Shown: one piece after another, positions 59,817 through 64,000 of the stretch
Position numbering within the stretch: the stretch's first letter is position 1
How the letters are laid out: each line of letters begins with the position of its first letter
Source: Methanothrix sp.
GTDB lineage: Archaea > Halobacteriota > Methanosarcinia > Methanotrichales > Methanotrichaceae
Length of the DNA stretch: 64,000 nt
Assembly: GCA_040770465.1 (NCBI GenBank)
Contig: JAXGJB010000005.1
Span: 1-64,000 of the forward strand
Reading direction: 5' to 3'
Translations under genes and position numbers: made by a program
Notes under the pieces: model-generated
Database searches by the model: none
Told to the model about the DNA's origin: nothing
Seen by the model: the letters and a program-made list of their open reading frames with translations, nothing else

Positions 59817-60662
59817 TCACTCGAACCCCTCGACGAAGCTTTTGACGCAGAGGCCGATGTCGGAGTGGTAGCCCCCCTCCAGGATGGCGAACCTCCGACC
59901 TTCGCACTTCTCCTCCGCTCCCTCTCTGACGATCCGGCCGATCTCCCGATAGTCCGAGAGGGTGAGGAGGCCCCCCCAGTCCTCGATGTAGGTGTCAAAC
60001 CCGGCCGAGACCGCCACCAGGTCGAAGTCGGTGATCGCGACCGCCCTCTCGACCTGGTCCAGGTACCCGGTCCTGTCCAGCTTCAGGTAGTCGAACCCCG
60101 CGTCGATGGCGCCGATGTTGACTATCTTCACCATATCGTCCCACCGGAATATGCTGACGGTCCCGTCGCCGAAGTGGAGGTCGATGTCGATGATCAGGAC
60201 CTTTCCCTTCCGGCCCGCCGCCACGCCCTCGATCTGGCCCTCCATCTCGCCCTCTATCCGACCATCCATCCGTCCCTCCGGCCCGCCCCCGATCCGGCCT
60301 TCTATCTTCCTGACGGCGACGGCCATGTTGTTGAAGTAGCACATCCCCCAGGCGTGGGTGGCGGAGGCGTGGTGGCCCGGCGGCCGGATCAGGGCGAAGG
60401 CGGGCTCTCCCGCCAGGGCCAGCTCGGCGGCGAGGCATGCGCCCCCGGCCGCGAGAAGGGCGGGCTGTAGCATCCCCTTTTGCCTCACCCGCTCGATGTG
60501 CTCGGGGCTGTGGACCCTCGATACGTCATCGGAGCTTGCAGGGAGGGGCTCCGCGAACTCGCGGCCCACGAGCGCCTGGGCCGGCAGCCTCGCCCGGTCG
60601 GGGCTCTCGACGGGGTTTGTGGAATATCGCTCTTCGAAACGCTTGGAGTATACGATCTTCAT
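59817..60662 (-). CDS. Histone deacetylase-family protein
   Basis: ESPDR, RPPGHHA, FNN, DIDLHFGDGT, SAGFD, EGGY. Confidence 0.92.
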   Translation of the reverse strand: MKIVYSKRFEERYSTNPVESPDRARLPAQALVGREFAEPLPASSDDVSRVHSPEHIERVRQKGMLQPALLAAGGACLAAELALAGEPAFALIRPPGHHASATHAWGMCYFNNMAVAVRKIEGRIGGGPEGRMDGRIEGEMEGQIEGVAAGRKGKVLIIDIDLHFGDGTVSIFRWDDMVKIVNIGAIDAGFDYLKLDRTGYLDQVERAVAITDFDLVAVSAGFDTYIEDWGGLLTLSDYREIGRIVREGAEEKCEGRRFAILEGGYHSDIGLCVKSFVEGFE

Positions 60663-60841
60663 GATCTGACCTTGCTTTCATCCGATCCGGGGTTTTTTCA
60701 ACCTGGCGGCAGCGCCCGCGGAGAAAGTAACGGGTTAGCTCGTGGCCTGGTTGTGGCAGGGTTGGGGCTGGCCTGGCGCTGAAGAGGACAACAGATTTTA
60801 AAGGGTGGAGACGAATATATTCAGCGTTTAAGAGGGATCGG

Positions 60842-63370
60842 ATGAGGCTCGGATGGATCTTGGCGTCGATCGTTCTGCTCGCCCTGCTGGCAGCGCCAGC
60901 TCATGCGGCGGAGGATGAGGTTGATGACGTTATTTTGGTCGTTAACGAGTCGGATCCTGTAGAGTTGTACAACAAGGGCGTTGATCTCTTTAACAGCGGT
61001 AAGTACGAAGAGGCTCTGGATTGCTACAACAAAGCACTCGAAATCGAACCTGAGTATGTGGACGCCTGGAACAGCAAGGGCAATGTTCTCGTAGGCATGA
61101 AGAGAAGCGAGGAGGCGTTGGATTGTTTCGATAGGGCGCTCGAACTCAATCCGACAAATGCGAATGCAAGGTTCGCATGGAGTGGTAAGGGAGGAGCTTT
61201 CGTAGACCTAAAGAGGTACGATGAGGCTTTGGATAGTTTCAAGATCGCGCTCGAACTCGACCCAGAGTATGTGTATGCTTGGTGTCGGAAGGGAGACTCT
61301 CTCGTAAGCTTGGCGAGGTATGATGAAGCTCTGGTTTGTTACGATAAAGCGCTAGAACTCGACCCTGAGTTTGTGTACTCCTGGAACGGTAAGGGCAATG
61401 CACTCTATGGCTTGGCCGAGTACGGAAAGGCTCTAGATTGTTTCGATAGGGCGCTCGAACTCAACCCTGTGCTTGTGGACTCTTGGAACGGCATGGGCAA
61501 CGCTCTCATAGGCCTGGAGAGGTTTGACGAAGCTTTTGATTATTATAATAAAGCGCTTGAACTCGACTTTGAGTATGTGCATGCTTGGAACAACAAAGGC
61601 AATGCTCTTATTTCCCTCGGCAGGTTCGACGAAGCTCTGGCTTGTTACAATAATGCGCTCGAAATCGACTCCGAGTATGTGTATGCCTGGAACGGTAAGG
61701 GCAATGCACTCTATGGCTTGGCCGAGTACGGAAAGGCTCTAGATTGTTACGATAAGGCGCTCGAACTCAACTCTGTGCTTGTGTACGCATGGAACGGTAA
61801 GGGCAATACTCTCTTAGAACTGGACATGGACGACAAGGCTTTGGATTGTTATAATAGAGCGCTTGAACTTGACCCTGAGTACGTATACGCTTGGAACGGT
61901 AAGGGGTTTACTCTTTACAAATTGAATCAAACTGAGGAGGCAATCGAATACTATAGCATGGCCCTGCAGCTTGATTCGAGAATTCCACAATTCTGGTACA
62001 ACAAAGGTGACGCTCTCGAAAGTTTAAACAGATCTGCTGAGGCAGCGATGGCTTATTCTCTTGGAAGGGAATGGGAACTGAACCCTTCGATGAAAATTGG
62101 CATATTCGCTGCGTTCATTATTGCGTATTTTGCGCTCGTCGCGGGATGGTATGCAGTCACAAGAAGAATCGGAAAATTGAAGGTATCGATAGTCATCCTT
62201 TCGATCAACCTGCTAGGTTTTTTGACGATGGTAGGTCTCCTGGCAGGCCTGTTCGACGTACCCCTCATCGGACAGTTTCTGGCCGGTGGGATTTTGATGG
62301 TCTTGATGTCGGCTGCTCTGTGGTCCTTCTCCGGATCTCCTATAAATCCCTGGATGATGCAGCTGGCTTTGGCGATTGAGAACTTCGAGATAAGGTGTCC
62401 CCGCCTATCCCAATCGATCAAGGTGGTCGGTCTTATGGCGGTTCTAATCTACGCCACGATCGCCACCGTCTTTTACTTCCGGTTTTTCATCGGCTCTGAG
62501 ATATCCATGGTTCACTTCCTCGAATTATCCTTCGTATCGATATTTTTGTTGGGGCTAGTTGTTACCCTTCCGCCGATCATGATGGCGATGCTGTCAAAGA
62601 ATATGGATCGAATGACACGCGACGTTCTTCTCATCTTTCAGTTCGGACACCTCGGAATAAGCGTCCTTTATCTTGGTCTGATCCTCTGGATATTTGAGAT
62701 CGGAAGCTTCGATCACTCAATTAAGCTTGGGACCATCAAGTTCCCTATGTCGCCCCATTTCCTTGGATTTATGATGGTTCTCTTCGTGATCTCGATTCTC
62801 GGTCCTTACGTCTCAGGTTGGAAGCGGGCGAGCAAGTGGGGTCTAACTCTTCTCGGAAACGAGCGGACGTGGCTAGAGAAGCTGCTTGACGTCCTGGATT
62901 TTCCTACGTCCAGCCTTTACGTTTCGAAGTTACAGAGGATCCAGGAAGAGATCAAAGACGACAAAACGATCTCCGGTCTGAACGAAGAGTTCGCTCGGAT
63001 CGGATTAGTCTACGGAGCCAGAGTTCTCCGACTGGACCCGCGGTTCTGTTATAGGGACTTTTTGGTGGGGCTTAAAGATCGAATAGCTGAGAATATCGAT
63101 CAGTTTGAGGCGCTTGGTGACGACGAGGAGAGGATAACAGAACTTGCGAGCATTTACTCGAATGCGTACCGCATTCGTAGAGACGAGATCGTCGGCATGA
63201 TCGAGCGAGAGGGGCAATTCAAGCCAAAGTTCTGGATCGCCCTCGCCCTCATCTTCACTCCGCTCCTCGGCCAGATCCTCGCCTGTCTAATCAACTCAAT
63301 TATGAATGTAATGGTCGGGTCGGAACTCGGCGGGCTCATCACTTCGACCCCCGCATTGCCTCTCCCTTAG
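60842..63370 (+). CDS. Signal peptide + ~11 TPR repeats + multi-TM C-terminal region
   Basis: Repeated AWNGKGNAL..L..Y.EAL.CY.KALELDP; hydrophobic segments after about aa 418. Confidence 0.85.
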   Translation: MRLGWILASIVLLALLAAPAHAAEDEVDDVILVVNESDPVELYNKGVDLFNSGKYEEALDCYNKALEIEPEYVDAWNSKGNVLVGMKRSEEALDCFDRALELNPTNANARFAWSGKGGAFVDLKRYDEALDSFKIALELDPEYVYAWCRKGDSLVSLARYDEALVCYDKALELDPEFVYSWNGKGNALYGLAEYGKALDCFDRALELNPVLVDSWNGMGNALIGLERFDEAFDYYNKALELDFEYVHAWNNKGNALISLGRFDEALACYNNALEIDSEYVYAWNGKGNALYGLAEYGKALDCYDKALELNSVLVYAWNGKGNTLLELDMDDKALDCYNRALELDPEYVYAWNGKGFTLYKLNQTEEAIEYYSMALQLDSRIPQFWYNKGDALESLNRSAEAAMAYSLGREWELNPSMKIGIFAAFIIAYFALVAGWYAVTRRIGKLKVSIVILSINLLGFLTMVGLLAGLFDVPLIGQFLAGGILMVLMSAALWSFSGSPINPWMMQLALAIENFEIRCPRLSQSIKVVGLMAVLIYATIATVFYFRFFIGSEISMVHFLELSFVSIFLLGLVVTLPPIMMAMLSKNMDRMTRDVLLIFQFGHLGISVLYLGLILWIFEIGSFDHSIKLGTIKFPMSPHFLGFMMVLFVISILGPYVSGWKRASKWGLTLLGNERTWLEKLLDVLDFPTSSLYVSKLQRIQEEIKDDKTISGLNEEFARIGLVYGARVLRLDPRFCYRDFLVGLKDRIAENIDQFEALGDDEERITELASIYSNAYRIRRDEIVGMIEREGQFKPKFWIALALIFTPLLGQILACLINSIMNVMVGSELGGLITSTPALPLP

Positions 63371-63420
63371 TTGATATGCTCCCACAGATCGCTCCGCAAA
63401 TGAAACAAAAGGTGATCAAG

Positions 63421-64000
63421 ATGTCCGAAGATGATAAGCTCGAAGCCTACCGCCAAAAGAGAGACTTCGCCAAGACCAGCGAACCCTCGGGCTCCGGCGA
63501 GAGAAAGACGCAAGATAAGCCCCGCTATTCCATCCAGAAGCACAGATCGAAGAGGCTCCACTACGACCTGCGGCTGGAGGTCGAGGGCGTCCTCAAGTCC
63601 TGGGCGATCCCCAAGGGCCCCTCAGTTGACACCAAGGAGAAGCGGCTCGCCGTCCCCACCGAGGACCACCCCCTCGACTACATCGACTTTGAGGGGACGA
63701 TCCCAGAGGGGGAGTACGGCGCCGGCGGCGTCATCGTCTGGGACATCGGGACCTACGAGAACACCACCAGCGCCGACGGCGTGGGGGTGCCGATGAATGA
63801 AGCCCTGGAGAAGGGGCACGCCACCCTCTTTCTATCGGGCAAGAAGCTTTTGGGCGGCTTCGCCCTCACCCGGACCGGCCGGGGGAAGAACGAGCGGTGG
63901 ATCCTGGTGAAGATGAGAGACGACTTCGCTCGGACAGACCTCGACATCCTGGAGGCGGAGCCCGATTCTGCCCTGACGGGAAGGTCGGTCGATGAGGTCT
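63421..64000 (+). CDS. LigD 3'-phosphoesterase (PE) domain protein (3' partial)
   Basis: Manual translation LEAYRQKRDFAKTSEP, QKH...LHYDLRLE, LKSWAIPKGPS, EDHPLDY, YGAG.VIVWD. Confidence 0.92.
   Translation, partial: MSEDDKLEAYRQKRDFAKTSEPSGSGERKTQDKPRYSIQKHRSKRLHYDLRLEVEGVLKSWAIPKGPSVDTKEKRLAVPTEDHPLDYIDFEGTIPEGEYGAGGVIVWDIGTYENTTSADGVGVPMNEALEKGHATLFLSGKKLLGGFALTRTGRGKNERWILVKMRDDFARTDLDILEAEPDSALTGRSVDEV

Overview
GC-rich archaeal chromosome segment from a methanogen of the Methanothrix (Methanosaeta) type, judged from MC1, methanogenesis marker 9, NrpR-domain, PGF-CTERM and AglB genes; the taxon is an inference. Most of the window is housekeeping: thermosome, spt5-rpl11-rpl1-rpl10-rpl12, endA, tRNA-Ala(CGC), EF-1beta, gltX, DGGGP synthase, purB, PolX, HARP, the rps19e-to-ftsY cluster, serB, aglB and radB. 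Accessory elements are an AT-richer ~4.1 kb cargo island bracketed by two IS200-type hairpin elements, a Type IIG R-M gene with a compositionally foreign specificity segment, and several secreted repeat proteins. The best candidates for undescribed biology are: (1) a long KamA-family radical SAM enzyme with glutamate-2,3-aminomutase-type Lys/Asn substrate residues, a candidate archaeal beta-glutamate synthase; (2) a divergent GAPDH paralog with a CTG start and a remodelled dinucleotide-binding loop, co-oriented with endA; (3) the hairpin-bounded cargo unit; (4) a TrpD paralog lacking the anthranilate-binding residues, paired with a Zn dehydrogenase. Four genes absent from the ORF track were read manually (LRR protein, Zn-finger microprotein, desulforedoxin, LigD phosphoesterase), and rpl39e was trimmed out of a longer track ORF. 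No CRISPR array or rRNA was seen. All family assignments rest on motif recognition, not database searches.
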